From contig CALADH010000013.1 in assembly GCA_937890745.1 (NCBI GenBank), positions 5,031-69,030 of the forward strand: a stretch of DNA of 64,000 bases, written 5' to 3'. The translations under genes were made by a program, and so were the position numbers. Positions within the stretch are counted from its first letter, which is position 1; every line of letters starts with the position of its first letter. Below, piece after piece: positions 47,884 to 56,227 of this stretch. Under the pieces are notes generated by a model. The model worked only from the letters and a program-made list of their open reading frames with translations. It was not told the origin of the DNA and searched no databases. Origin of the DNA: an uncultured Clostridia bacterium. Its GTDB lineage: Bacteria > Bacillota > Clostridia > Lachnospirales > Lachnospiraceae.

Positions 47884-47902
47884 ATCAGTAATGATTACTG
47901 AT
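47884..47902. promoter_or_regulatory. Perfect 9-1-9 palindrome ATCAGTAATGATTACTGAT (Fur/PerR-box type operator)
   Basis: Self-complementary around the central G. It starts 7 nt after the -10 element, so it covers the expected transcription start. Its AT-rich 7-1-7 core resembles TnAnAATnATTnTnA Fur-family boxes. Confidence 0.65.
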
Positions 47903-47952
47903 TTTAAACAAGAACCTAATAAAATATCAAATATAAAAAGGAGAGTATTAAG

Positions 47953-48495
47953 ATGAAAAAATTTGTATGTACAGTATGTGGTTATGTTCATGAAGGCGAG
48001 ACAGCACCTGAGGTATGTCCAGTATGTAAGGCACCTGCAGAAAAGTTCAAAGAGCAGACAGGTGAGAGAACATGGGCAGCAGAGCACGTTGTAGGCGTTG
48101 CTCAGGGCGTTAGCGAAGACATCCTTGCTGATTTAAGAGCAAACTTCGAAGGCGAGTGCTCAGAAGTTGGTATGTACCTTGCTATGGCAAGAGTTGCTCA
48201 CAGAGAAGGTTATCCTGAAATTGGTTTATACTGGGAAAAAGCTGCTTACGAAGAAGCAGAGCATGCTGCTAAATTCGCTGAATTATTAGGCGAAGTTGTT
48301 ACAGACAGCACAAAGAAGAACCTTGAGATGCGTGTAGACGCTGAGAACGGCGCTACAGCAGGTAAATTTGACCTTGCAAAACGTGCAAAAGAACTTGGAC
48401 TCGACGCAATCCATGACACAGTACATGAGATGGCAAGAGACGAAGCTCGTCACGGAAAAGCATTCGAAGGCTTATTAAAGAGATACTTTGGCTAA
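47953..48495 (+). CDS. Reverse rubrerythrin (N-terminal rubredoxin-like domain + diiron four-helix bundle)
   Basis: The N-terminus [12 protein letters not shown]...CPVCKAP is the rubredoxin part. Ferritin-like ExxH motifs follow ([30 protein letters not shown]). Confidence 0.9.
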   Translation: MKKFVCTVCGYVHEGETAPEVCPVCKAPAEKFKEQTGERTWAAEHVVGVAQGVSEDILADLRANFEGECSEVGMYLAMARVAHREGYPEIGLYWEKAAYEEAEHAAKFAELLGEVVTDSTKKNLEMRVDAENGATAGKFDLAKRAKELGLDAIHDTVHEMARDEARHGKAFEGLLKRYFG

Positions 48496-48523
48496 TATAT
48501 AAGCCAAGCAAAAGAGTGATTAT

Positions 48524-48560
48524 AACGCCCTGCAAGTTTACTTGTAAGGGCGTTTATTAT
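48524..48560 (+). terminator. Terminator after the rubrerythrin gene
   Basis: AACGCCCT (48524-48531) pairs with AGGGCGTT (48547-48554) and is followed by TATTATT. Confidence 0.6.
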
Positions 48561-48716
48561 TGCTCTTTTATTTGTCGACACAGCAGTTTCCAATATACTA
48601 AGCCGATAAACCTCAAGTTTAATAGTTGAATTATATGTTGAACGTGCTAAAATAGAAGTATAATTTTACGGCGGCGTCCGGGAGACTGCCGCGATATGAA
48701 AAGGAGAGGTTTATTT

Positions 48717-49865
48717 ATGGCAAACAGAATTATGCTTAACGAGACATCTTATCACGGCGCAGGCGCGATTGAAGAAATTGCCAACGAGGCAAAGGCGCAT
48801 GGCTTTAAAAAGGCTTTTGTATGTTCTGATCCGGACTTGATTAAGTTTAAGGTGACGGCGAAGGTCACAGATATTCTCGACAGAGAAGGTCTTCCTTACG
48901 AAATTTATTCTGATATTAAGGCAAATCCGACGATTGAAAATGTACAGAGCGGTGTGGAGGCATTTAAGAAATCCGGTGCTGATTATATTGTCGCTATCGG
49001 CGGCGGTTCATCAATGGATACAGCCAAAGCTATTGGTATTATTATTGCAAATCCTGAATTTGAGGACGTGAGAAGTCTTGAGGGCGTAGCGCCGACAAAG
49101 AAGCCTTGCGTGCCGATTATTGCAGTGCCGACAACCGCAGGTACAGCCGCAGAGGTTACAATCAACTATGTTATTACTGATGTTGAGAGAAAGCGTAAGT
49201 TTGTATGTGTCGATCCGCATGATATGCCGATCATCGCTATTGTTGATCCGGACATGATGTCCTCTATGCCAAAGGGACTGACAGCGGCGACAGGTATGGA
49301 TGCCCTGACACATGCTATTGAGGGTTACACGACAAAGGGTGCATGGGAAATGACAGACATGTTCCACTTAAAAGCGATTGAAATTATTTCAAAATCACTG
49401 CGCGGCGCTGTTGAGAATACAAAAGAGGGACGCGAGGGCATGGCACTTGGCCAGTATATTGCAGGTATGGGCTTCTCAAATGTCGGTCTTGGTATTGCTC
49501 ATTCGATGGCACATACACTCGGCGCTGTTTATGATACACCGCACGGCGTTGCCTGTGCAATGATGCTTCCGATTGTTATGGAGTACAATCAGGAATGTAC
49601 AGGTGAAAAATATCGTGAAATTGCAAGAGCGATGGGCGTTAAGGGCGTTGACGATATGACAGTCGAGGAATACAGAAAAGCTGCTATTGACGCAGTGCGT
49701 CAGCTTTCAGAGGATGTTGGCATTCCGTCAAAGCTTGAAGCTGTGAAAGAAGAAGACCTTCAATTCCTTGCAGAATCCGCAGCTGCAGATGCCTGTGCAC
49801 CGGGCAATCCGAAGGATGCTTCTGTCGAAGATTTTGTAGAATTATTTAAGAAGATTATGAAATAA
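48717..49865 (+). CDS. fucO: Iron-containing alcohol dehydrogenase, lactaldehyde reductase (FucO-like)
   Basis: The ATG at 48717 follows AAGGAGAGG. MANRIMLNETSYHGAGAIEEI... and long stretches (PTTAGTAAEVTINYVITD, RKFVCVDPHD, GMDALTHAIEGY, MALGQYIAGMGFSNVGLG) are near-identical to my memory of E. coli FucO. Confidence 0.8.
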   Translation: MANRIMLNETSYHGAGAIEEIANEAKAHGFKKAFVCSDPDLIKFKVTAKVTDILDREGLPYEIYSDIKANPTIENVQSGVEAFKKSGADYIVAIGGGSSMDTAKAIGIIIANPEFEDVRSLEGVAPTKKPCVPIIAVPTTAGTAAEVTINYVITDVERKRKFVCVDPHDMPIIAIVDPDMMSSMPKGLTAATGMDALTHAIEGYTTKGAWEMTDMFHLKAIEIISKSLRGAVENTKEGREGMALGQYIAGMGFSNVGLGIAHSMAHTLGAVYDTPHGVACAMMLPIVMEYNQECTGEKYREIARAMGVKGVDDMTVEEYRKAAIDAVRQLSEDVGIPSKLEAVKEEDLQFLAESAAADACAPGNPKDASVEDFVELFKKIMK

Positions 49866-49887
49866 TTTAATAGCCTGTTTAAAATCA

Positions 49888-49924
49888 AAAAGTGCTTCTG
49901 CCGTGTTTGGCAGAGGCACTTTTT
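49888..49924. terminator. Bidirectional terminator between fucO and the convergent zinc-ribbon gene
   Basis: AAAAGTGCTTCTGCC pairs with GGCAGAGGCACTTTT (one G-U pair) around the loop GTGTTT. It is flanked by an A-run on one side and a T-run on the other. Confidence 0.8.
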
Positions 49925-50070
49925 AAAGATCATTTTAATAAATATTAATGGCAGCAACATACCATGAGCCGTCTATTTTGAGTAAGATAAGGTCTAAGAA
50001 CTCTTTTGCACTGTCTTTTTCACCTTCTAGCTTGAATGATAGTTCTGCTTTTTTGGTTTCTGTGACACCG

Positions 50071-50145
50071 GAGTCCTCTAAATCAATATCTTCTAAATCA
50101 GTATCTTCTGAATAAATATCTTCTGAGTCAATATCTTCTGAATCA
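50071..50145 (-). repeat. Five tandem copies of a 15-bp repeat encoding an acidic D-S/L-E-D-I/T pentapeptide array
   Basis: Plus-strand units ATATCTTCTAAATCA / GTATCTTCTGAATAA / ATATCTTCTGAGTCA / ATATCTTCTGAATCA plus a degenerate first unit. The protein reads DSEDIDSEDIYSEDTDLEDIDLED. Confidence 0.85.
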
Positions 50146-50520
50146 GGACTGATGTTATAATAATCTGCGATTTCCCGCTTTGCTTTGTTTTTTGAGATAT
50201 CAGTGATATTTTTAATTTCATAAGAAACTTCACAATCTTTGCCTAAGTATTCTTCCCAATTTTTACTGCGATCTTTGTACCCTTTTTCAAAGAGACGAAT
50301 AAGTTCAGAACGATTTGATACTCCGTCGCTTTGCTGTATGAGAAAATCTACAGCTTCGTCGGGCATAACATCAAGCATATCTGTTGGCTCATATATTAAG
50401 CCATTGACAAAGGTATCGATTGTCTTATTAAGACTGCGGCCCCTTGTCAGTAAAACGGCAGTGACGATTGCGCCTGCGATCAAAAGCACGGCGATGATAG
50501 CAATAATAATAATACCTTTC

Positions 50521-50529
50521 TTTTTTTTT
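50521..50529 (-). repeat. Homopolymer T9 (A9 on the coding strand) at the frameshift site
   Basis: Read directly: CTTTC TTTTTTTTT CTTAGG. Confidence 0.95.
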
Positions 50530-50744
50530 CTTAGGTGGTGTGACTGTATTGAAAGTACCTTCGTTATTCTGAAAATTCTGTGGCTGGAAATTTTGTTCCT
50601 GCGCCGCTGCTCTTTGAGACTGTGATGGTGTGCTGAGAGGTGTTCCGCACTGTGGACAGAACGCTGCCCCTTCATTTATTTGTGTTCCGCATTTTGGACA
50701 ATACATAAATAATTCCTCCTGTTTTATATTTATGATATCAGTTT

Positions 50745-51380
50745 TTATTCCTTTACCTTAATAATTACGTTGTAATCACATTCATCGCCGTACTCGCGTA
50801 TCATATGTAAATAATAGGTTGTATTCGGTTCAGCGTCTTCAAATGTATATGTATAAATAGAACCGTCATTGACGATGTAATTAAGTTTGCCCAATCCGGT
50901 TCCAAATTCATCTACAATAGAAATAGACAGCTCAGAGGTATCATCTTTTGCACTTGTATTTTCTGCCATGATTTTATAGACGGCGTCCGGATTTTCCTCT
51001 GTTGTGAATGCGTACCATACAGAATCTACAGGGATTGTTCCCGAAATCTGTGCTCTTAAAGGCATCATACCGGCGGTGCTCATATTTTCACCCGGTACAA
51101 CATCTTCCGGTGCGATGGATTCGCCGGCCGGATCAGGCGTCTGTGTTTCAGACATTTGCGTTTCAGGGAGCTGAGCACGCGTCTCAGGGAGCTGGGTTTG
51201 AGTTTCAGGTGCATCAGTCTCTGCTGTTTTGCTTTCTTCCTTCTTACGCTCTGCTTCATTTAATAAAGATTCAAGACGGCTGCTGTCAATCTCGTCTGTC
51301 TTTGAGGAACAGCCTGTGAGCATAGCGCCCATCATACATGCAATTGTCAGTGATACAAAAGTTTTCTTAAAAGTTTTCAT
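50745..51380 (-). CDS. Lipoprotein of unknown function
   Basis: AAGGAGAA SD. The signal peptide has the lipobox MLTGCSS. A T/Q/E/P-rich linker with short repeats (ETQTQLPETRAQLPETQMSETQTP) is followed by a ~110-aa C-terminal domain. Confidence 0.75.
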   Translation of the reverse strand: MKTFKKTFVSLTIACMMGAMLTGCSSKTDEIDSSRLESLLNEAERKKEESKTAETDAPETQTQLPETRAQLPETQMSETQTPDPAGESIAPEDVVPGENMSTAGMMPLRAQISGTIPVDSVWYAFTTEENPDAVYKIMAENTSAKDDTSELSISIVDEFGTGLGKLNYIVNDGSIYTYTFEDAEPNTTYYLHMIREYGDECDYNVIIKVKE

Positions 51381-51431
51381 AAAATTTCTCCTTCTTCTTT
51401 TTTGTGCTGAGGATTTGTCCGTCTGTTGTAG

Positions 51432-51572
51432 TTATGTATTGCTTATGCGGCAAAAGTATGCTTTGCTGTATTTTATATTGAGAGTGTGTGTCCAAAGCAA
51501 ACTTTTGTTATTGTATATCCAATTATACATGATATAATGACTATGTTCAATGGGATATTGGTGCGTGAGCAT
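51432..51572 (-). CDS. Possible 46-aa small ORF upstream of the lipoprotein gene
   Basis: Not in the ORF track because it is under 60 aa. The ATG at 51572-51570 lies 4 nt after a strong GGAGGTG (51583-51577). It translates to MLTHQYPIEHSHYIMYNWIYNNKSLLWTHTLNIKYSKAYFCRISNT, with the stop at 51434-51432. Confidence 0.3.
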   Translation of the reverse strand: MLTHQYPIEHSHYIMYNWIYNNKSLLWTHTLNIKYSKAYFCRISNT

Positions 51573-51770
51573 GTTTCACCTCCTTAAATCATTGACGGAA
51601 AATCTCTATTTTTCTTGTTTTCACTATATAGACAGATGAACTTTCAAAAAGGTTTTAAAAAAAATAAAAAAATTTTCGATTTTTATAAAACTTTTTTAAA
51701 ATACCACTTGTCTATTAAGTGAACATTAAAAAAAGCTGTGAAAAAGCACGATCAAAGGAGGAATTTAAAA

Positions 51771-52553
51771 ATGTTTTGCAGAATTTGCGGAGAACAGATA
51801 CCGGACAATGCGAAGTTTTGTCCGAAATGCGGCGAGGGTGCCGCTTCATTATCAAAAAATGGGAAACAGGTTAAAATACCAAGGACAGTAAAAAAGGCAG
51901 AAAAGGAGCAGCAGACGGGACAGCAGGCGGGGCAGCAGACGTGGCGGCAGCGCCGCAGGCAGAAGCGGTTGAAATGGGAAATGGCTCATCCGATATACAG
52001 TGTACCTTATAATATAGGAAATTTCGGTATGCTGGCAGGCATTGTGATGGCGGTTGCAGGCTGGTTTATATCCAATGATCTGGGAGGCATATTGGGCAAG
52101 GTGTGGAACACATTGAGCAGTATGTTTAACGGAAGTACATCTATGGCCGGTATTCTTAAGGAAGTGCTTTTCGGAAAATATTCGGAGATGATACTTGATA
52201 TCGGCAGTGCTTCAGATGAACTGTTTAATACGTCTTTTGATTTTACGCTATGTATGATTTTTTTGACTGGTATGATATGGGTTATCGTATTAATTGTGAT
52301 TATTTATTACGCGCTTACGAAAAATATACGCGGGCTGACAAATATTTATGTCCTTGAATGTGTGATGATTGTATTTTTTATCATTCTTACGCTGATTATA
52401 TATGCATGCTTCGGACTCCTTACAGATGTATCCGAGGGTGCCGGCTTTAATGTCTTTCTTATCGGCTCGATTGTGATTTTGATTTCATTTTTTATAGAAA
52501 TGATGCTGGACCGTAACGCTATATCGAAACAGAAAAGAGGTTTTATGAATTAA
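51771..52553 (+). CDS. Zinc-ribbon domain membrane protein
   Basis: The ATG at 51771 follows AAAGGAGG. The N-terminus MFCRICGEQIPDNAKFCPKCG is a zinc ribbon. A Q/R-rich linker follows, then four or more predicted TM segments. Confidence 0.75.
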   Translation: MFCRICGEQIPDNAKFCPKCGEGAASLSKNGKQVKIPRTVKKAEKEQQTGQQAGQQTWRQRRRQKRLKWEMAHPIYSVPYNIGNFGMLAGIVMAVAGWFISNDLGGILGKVWNTLSSMFNGSTSMAGILKEVLFGKYSEMILDIGSASDELFNTSFDFTLCMIFLTGMIWVIVLIVIIYYALTKNIRGLTNIYVLECVMIVFFIILTLIIYACFGLLTDVSEGAGFNVFLIGSIVILISFFIEMMLDRNAISKQKRGFMN

Positions 52554-52627
52554 TTGCCGGGAAAGCGGCAAAGTCATTGGCAGTGTACGCTGTAAAAGTC
52601 GGCGGTACATATTCGGAGGTGGATAAA

Positions 52628-52975
52628 GTGGCATTGCCATATGAGAAACAAATGAAAATGCTTTTATGTGAGCGAGCACATATATGTCAAAAAGCTGCCG
52701 GGAAGTGCAACAAAACGGATAAAACAGGCAATATCTGTGAGCAATGTCAAGAAATTGAACTGGCTTTAGACTATCTGAAAGAAAAGCAGCGCGGCGTGCT
52801 TGGACAATGGCAGAAAATTGGCATTCGGGCACAGATGAAAATTCTTATACCGATTATTGATGGCATGGAGCAGATGACGGCACTCGCAAAGCAGATGGGG
52901 TGCGAGGCCGTCGGAGAATATATCGAAGCCGTGATGACAGAAGAAGTGCTTGATATGATTGACTGGACAGAGTAA
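52628..52975 (+). CDS. Hypothetical Cys-rich small protein
   Basis: The GTG at 52628 lies 8 nt after GGAGG (52615-52619). The ORF track gives a TTG at 52577. I recognise no family. The Cys pattern is C..H.C......C.........C..C. Confidence 0.4.
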   Translation: MALPYEKQMKMLLCERAHICQKAAGKCNKTDKTGNICEQCQEIELALDYLKEKQRGVLGQWQKIGIRAQMKILIPIIDGMEQMTALAKQMGCEAVGEYIEAVMTEEVLDMIDWTE

Positions 52976-52982
52976 AATAAAT

Positions 52983-53189
52983 TTAATCTTTGTCCGGTAT
53001 AAATGTCAGAATATCAGATACCTGACAGTCGATGACCGTGCAGAGCGTATTGATTGTTTTTGTTGTGATTGTTTTTTGACTGCGCAGACGCTGAATTGTG
53101 TCGGGAAGAATACCATGCTCATAAATTAATTTATATGTGGATATATTTTTTTGACGGAGCGTCTGCCAAAATGGTTCATAAGAAATCAT
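52983..53189 (-). CDS. XRE-family helix-turn-helix transcriptional regulator
   Basis: 68 aa. YEPFWQTLRQKNISTYKLIYEHGILPDTIQRLRSQKTITTKTINTLCTVIDCQVSDIL is the typical short Cro/C1-type HTH protein. Confidence 0.75.
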   Translation of the reverse strand: MISYEPFWQTLRQKNISTYKLIYEHGILPDTIQRLRSQKTITTKTINTLCTVIDCQVSDILTFIPDKD

Positions 53190-53273
53190 ATTATCACCTC
53201 TATTTGTAAAAATGGTATCATATATGCAATATTATCTATGCACGGTATAGCATTTATGTTTTGGAGGTGCATC

Positions 53274-53402
53274 TTGGAAAAAAATGGAACTTATAAAATA
53301 ATGCAGTTTTTTGTCTGGCTTCTTCGGAAAGAACGTTCAGAGATGAAGATGACACAGACACAAAAAAATAAAATAAGAAAAATGAATGAAAGTGGGAATT
53401 AA
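53274..53402 (+). CDS. Possible 42-aa small ORF immediately upstream of the sigma-factor gene
   Basis: A TTG at 53274 follows GGAGGTG (53263-53269); an alternative ATG lies at 53301. The stop at 53400-53402 is 2 nt before the sigma ATG. It is basic (LEKNGTYKIMQFFVWLLRKERSEMKMTQTQKNKIRKMNESGN). Confidence 0.3.
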   Translation: MEKNGTYKIMQFFVWLLRKERSEMKMTQTQKNKIRKMNESGN

Positions 53403-53404
53403 AA

Positions 53405-55612
53405 ATGGATTACAGACAGGCAGTTGCCGCCGCACTTGCGGGAGATGGTCAGGGTTTTGCGTGGCTTTATGAAGCGACACAGCATGATATGTATTATATT
53501 GCATTAAAATATATGAAAAATGAAGATGATGCGATGGACGTTTTGCAGGATTCTTATATGAAGGCGTGGCAGTCGCTTGCAAGCCTTAAAGAGCCGGAAA
53601 ATTTCCGGGCATGGTTTGGACGGATCGTGGCAAATACAGCAAAAAATGCTTTGGCAAAGAAACGCCCGACACTGTTTTCTCAGATGGATACGGAAAATGA
53701 GGACGGTGATTCTTTTGAGTTTGACATTGAAGATGACAGAAAAGAATACCAGCCGGAGCGCAGCTACACAGAAAAGGAAACACAGCTTCTTGTGCGTGAG
53801 CTGATTGACAGTCTTTCGGATGAGCAGCGTTTGTGTATTATGATGTATCATCTTGACGGTCAGAGCATCAAAGATATTGCACAGGCATTTGGTGTTTCTG
53901 AAAATACAGTGAAGTCGAGACTACTTTACGGGCGCAAGGCCATCAAGGCAAAAGCGGAGGAAATGCAGAAGAAAGGCTATCAGCTCTACAGCTTCGCACC
54001 GCTGCCGCTTCTTTTATTCCTTCTTCGCAGCGAGCGGAAATCACAGGCGTTTGCGGCGATGGCAGAAGCTGTGAAAAAGGTGCAGCAGGAAACTGTTCTG
54101 ACCAATACCGGAGCGCATGCGCAGGGCACAGGAAACAGCGGCGTGCAGGGCAGAAGAAACAGCGGCATGCAGGGCACAGCTTATAGCGGTGCCGCAAAGC
54201 AGGCGGCAGGACAGGCAGCAGGGCAGGCCGCAAAGCGCGGCTTCATACATACCGTTGCCGGAAAGGTCGTGCTTGGTGTCATCTCGGCGGCTGTCATTGG
54301 CGGTGCGTCCGCCACGACGACATACTTTGTGCTTGAGCATATGTCAAATAAGAAAGCACAGGAAAGCTATGAGGCGATGGCTGAGAATAAGGATGATGCG
54401 CTGTCAGAAACAGTACCGGAGGAAACTGTCATGGAAACAGAGCAGGTTGTTCAGACCGAGGCACCGGAGACAGAGCCGCCTGAAACCGAGCCTCCTGTCA
54501 GGGAGGTGGCAGATACCGAATATCCATCGCTGCTCGCAGGTGAATTGACAAAGAGTGAATTAAATCTGGTGCTTTCCTACGGCCCGACAGAAATCGGCGA
54601 GGGCGGCCTGTCAGATGCGGATTTATTTTATTGGTTTCCTCTGATTTGTATGGGTGATGAGCAGGAGGGAAATCTTATTTCAAGCTTTGGCATGAATGCA
54701 GATTATACATACGGCTGTTCGGTTGAAGATGCCAACCGTTTTGCTTCGGTGCTCACAGATACACGTTTTTCGGAAAATAATGATAATGATGCACTTCGTG
54801 TGAGCGGCGGAAGAATAAATTTCTATGGCGTCACCTTAAGCTACGGTGCAAGTACACAAATCAGCTCTGCAAAACATACAGAGGATGCCATGGTTATCCA
54901 ATATACGCATACGACGACATATTATAACGACGGCGGCCGAAAAGAAACGGCTAAGAAGGAGGCACTCTTAAAACCGGATGCAGACGGAAAGTTTAAGATT
55001 GTAAGAATTTATAATGTGGATAACAGACCTGCAGAAGCGGAAGAAATTTTTGAAAAAACGGCGAAAAAGTCAGAGGATAAAACTTCGGACAAAAGTTCAT
55101 CAAAGGTTGCGGAAGATGGAGATTATAGTATTTATCAGCCTGTTTTAGATTATGCAGCAGAGGGCGCAAACGGCTACGATTTTCCGGGGTATGAAGATGT
55201 TCTTTCAGGCGAGCTGGAGTATACGCTTTACGATATGGATCATGACGGAACGAAAGACTTGCTGCTCCGTGATAAGCAGAATATACCTCAGCCGATTTTA
55301 TACTATGTCTATCGTGTTTTTGAAAAGGAGCAGACTGAAAAAGAAATAAAATATAACTTCTATGATGGTATTATTTCATCGACGGACTGGTATGCGACGG
55401 AAGACGGCAATGGCGTGTATACGTGTGAAGTTTCAAGAGGCAACGGTGATATAGATTATTATCGTGTGACTGCAGAAGATGGAAAACTTACGATGTCAGA
55501 CCGTCCGGAAATTTCAACGACAATAGGCACGCAAGAAGCAAAGACATATGCTGATAAATTTTCGAAGCTGACATGGTATCCGATATCGGACAGAAGTGCT
55601 TTAGAAAAATAG
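53405..55612 (+). CDS. ECF-type sigma-70 factor fused to a transmembrane helix and a large extracytoplasmic domain
   Basis: Region 2 is present (DAMDVLQDSYMKAWQSL...FRAWFGRIVANTA), as is region 4 (LSDEQRLCIMMYHLDGQSIKDIAQAFGVSENTVKSRLLYGRKAIK). A G/Q/A-rich linker follows, then a TM helix (VVLGVISAAVIGGASATTTYFVL) and about 430 further aa. Confidence 0.8.
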   Translation: MDYRQAVAAALAGDGQGFAWLYEATQHDMYYIALKYMKNEDDAMDVLQDSYMKAWQSLASLKEPENFRAWFGRIVANTAKNALAKKRPTLFSQMDTENEDGDSFEFDIEDDRKEYQPERSYTEKETQLLVRELIDSLSDEQRLCIMMYHLDGQSIKDIAQAFGVSENTVKSRLLYGRKAIKAKAEEMQKKGYQLYSFAPLPLLLFLLRSERKSQAFAAMAEAVKKVQQETVLTNTGAHAQGTGNSGVQGRRNSGMQGTAYSGAAKQAAGQAAGQAAKRGFIHTVAGKVVLGVISAAVIGGASATTTYFVLEHMSNKKAQESYEAMAENKDDALSETVPEETVMETEQVVQTEAPETEPPETEPPVREVADTEYPSLLAGELTKSELNLVLSYGPTEIGEGGLSDADLFYWFPLICMGDEQEGNLISSFGMNADYTYGCSVEDANRFASVLTDTRFSENNDNDALRVSGGRINFYGVTLSYGASTQISSAKHTEDAMVIQYTHTTTYYNDGGRKETAKKEALLKPDADGKFKIVRIYNVDNRPAEAEEIFEKTAKKSEDKTSDKSSSKVAEDGDYSIYQPVLDYAAEGANGYDFPGYEDVLSGELEYTLYDMDHDGTKDLLLRDKQNIPQPILYYVYRVFEKEQTEKEIKYNFYDGIISSTDWYATEDGNGVYTCEVSRGNGDIDYYRVTAEDGKLTMSDRPEISTTIGTQEAKTYADKFSKLTWYPISDRSALEK

Positions 55613-55712
55613 AGGAAATTGCGGCGTCGCATACACAAGGTGTGCGGCGCAAGAAAAACGGCCTGCGGGAAAATCCTGCAGGCCGTTATTGATATTGGGA
55701 AAATCCCGCCTT

Positions 55713-56219
55713 TTACCGGAAAAATTTCCGGATATCGATTCTCTTAATAAAAAATCCTGCGGCAAGTCCGGTGAAAATTCCGGTAATGATGCCGCTGACT
55801 AAAAGAAATGGTGCATAATAAATGACATATGTGCTCTGAAGTGTTATAATAGCAGCAAGGAGCTGTCCGGCGTTGTGAAAAATCGCGCCGATAATACTTG
55901 TAAACCATAAAAGCTGTCCTTTGAGCAGACGGTTTGAGGCATACATTGCTAAAAGGCAGAAAAGTCCGCCGAGAATACTGAAGAAAAAGGACATCATTTG
56001 GCCGGCAAAGACGCTGGCGAGAAAGACGCGGGCAAAGAGCACTGCGGCGGCCTCGCGGGGCATACCGGCCGAAATAAGAACGAGTGTTACAATATTTGCA
56101 AGGCCGAGTTTGATACCGGGAATCGGAACAATCGGAGGAATGGCCGATTCAAGAACGAAGATTGTTAAGGCAATCGTTGTAAGGATGGCGAGCATTGTCA
56201 GTTTTTTTACAGATTTCAT
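55713..56219 (-). CDS. Gx transporter family membrane protein (heptaprenyl diphosphate synthase component I-like)
   Basis: 168 aa with 5 TM segments. The N-terminus LTMLAILTTIALTIFVLESAIPPIVPIPGIKLGLANIVTL is typical of this family. It is paired with a NusG-domain-II gene. Confidence 0.7.
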   Translation of the reverse strand: MKSVKKLTMLAILTTIALTIFVLESAIPPIVPIPGIKLGLANIVTLVLISAGMPREAAAVLFARVFLASVFAGQMMSFFFSILGGLFCLLAMYASNRLLKGQLLWFTSIIGAIFHNAGQLLAAIITLQSTYVIYYAPFLLVSGIITGIFTGLAAGFFIKRIDIRKFFR

Positions 56220-56227
56220 GGCGCCTC

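Larger units (their letters stand above)
49935..50706 (-). pseudogene. Zinc-ribbon / single-pass membrane protein gene split by a frameshift in an A9 run
   Basis: The N-terminal ORF (50706 downward; MYCPKCGTQINEGAAFCPQCG...PPKKKK) has an AGGAGG SD. The TM helix and ectodomain (KKKKGIIIIAIIAVLLIAG... to 49935) continue in another frame. The two frames meet at the homopolymer at 50521-50529. Confidence 0.7.
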
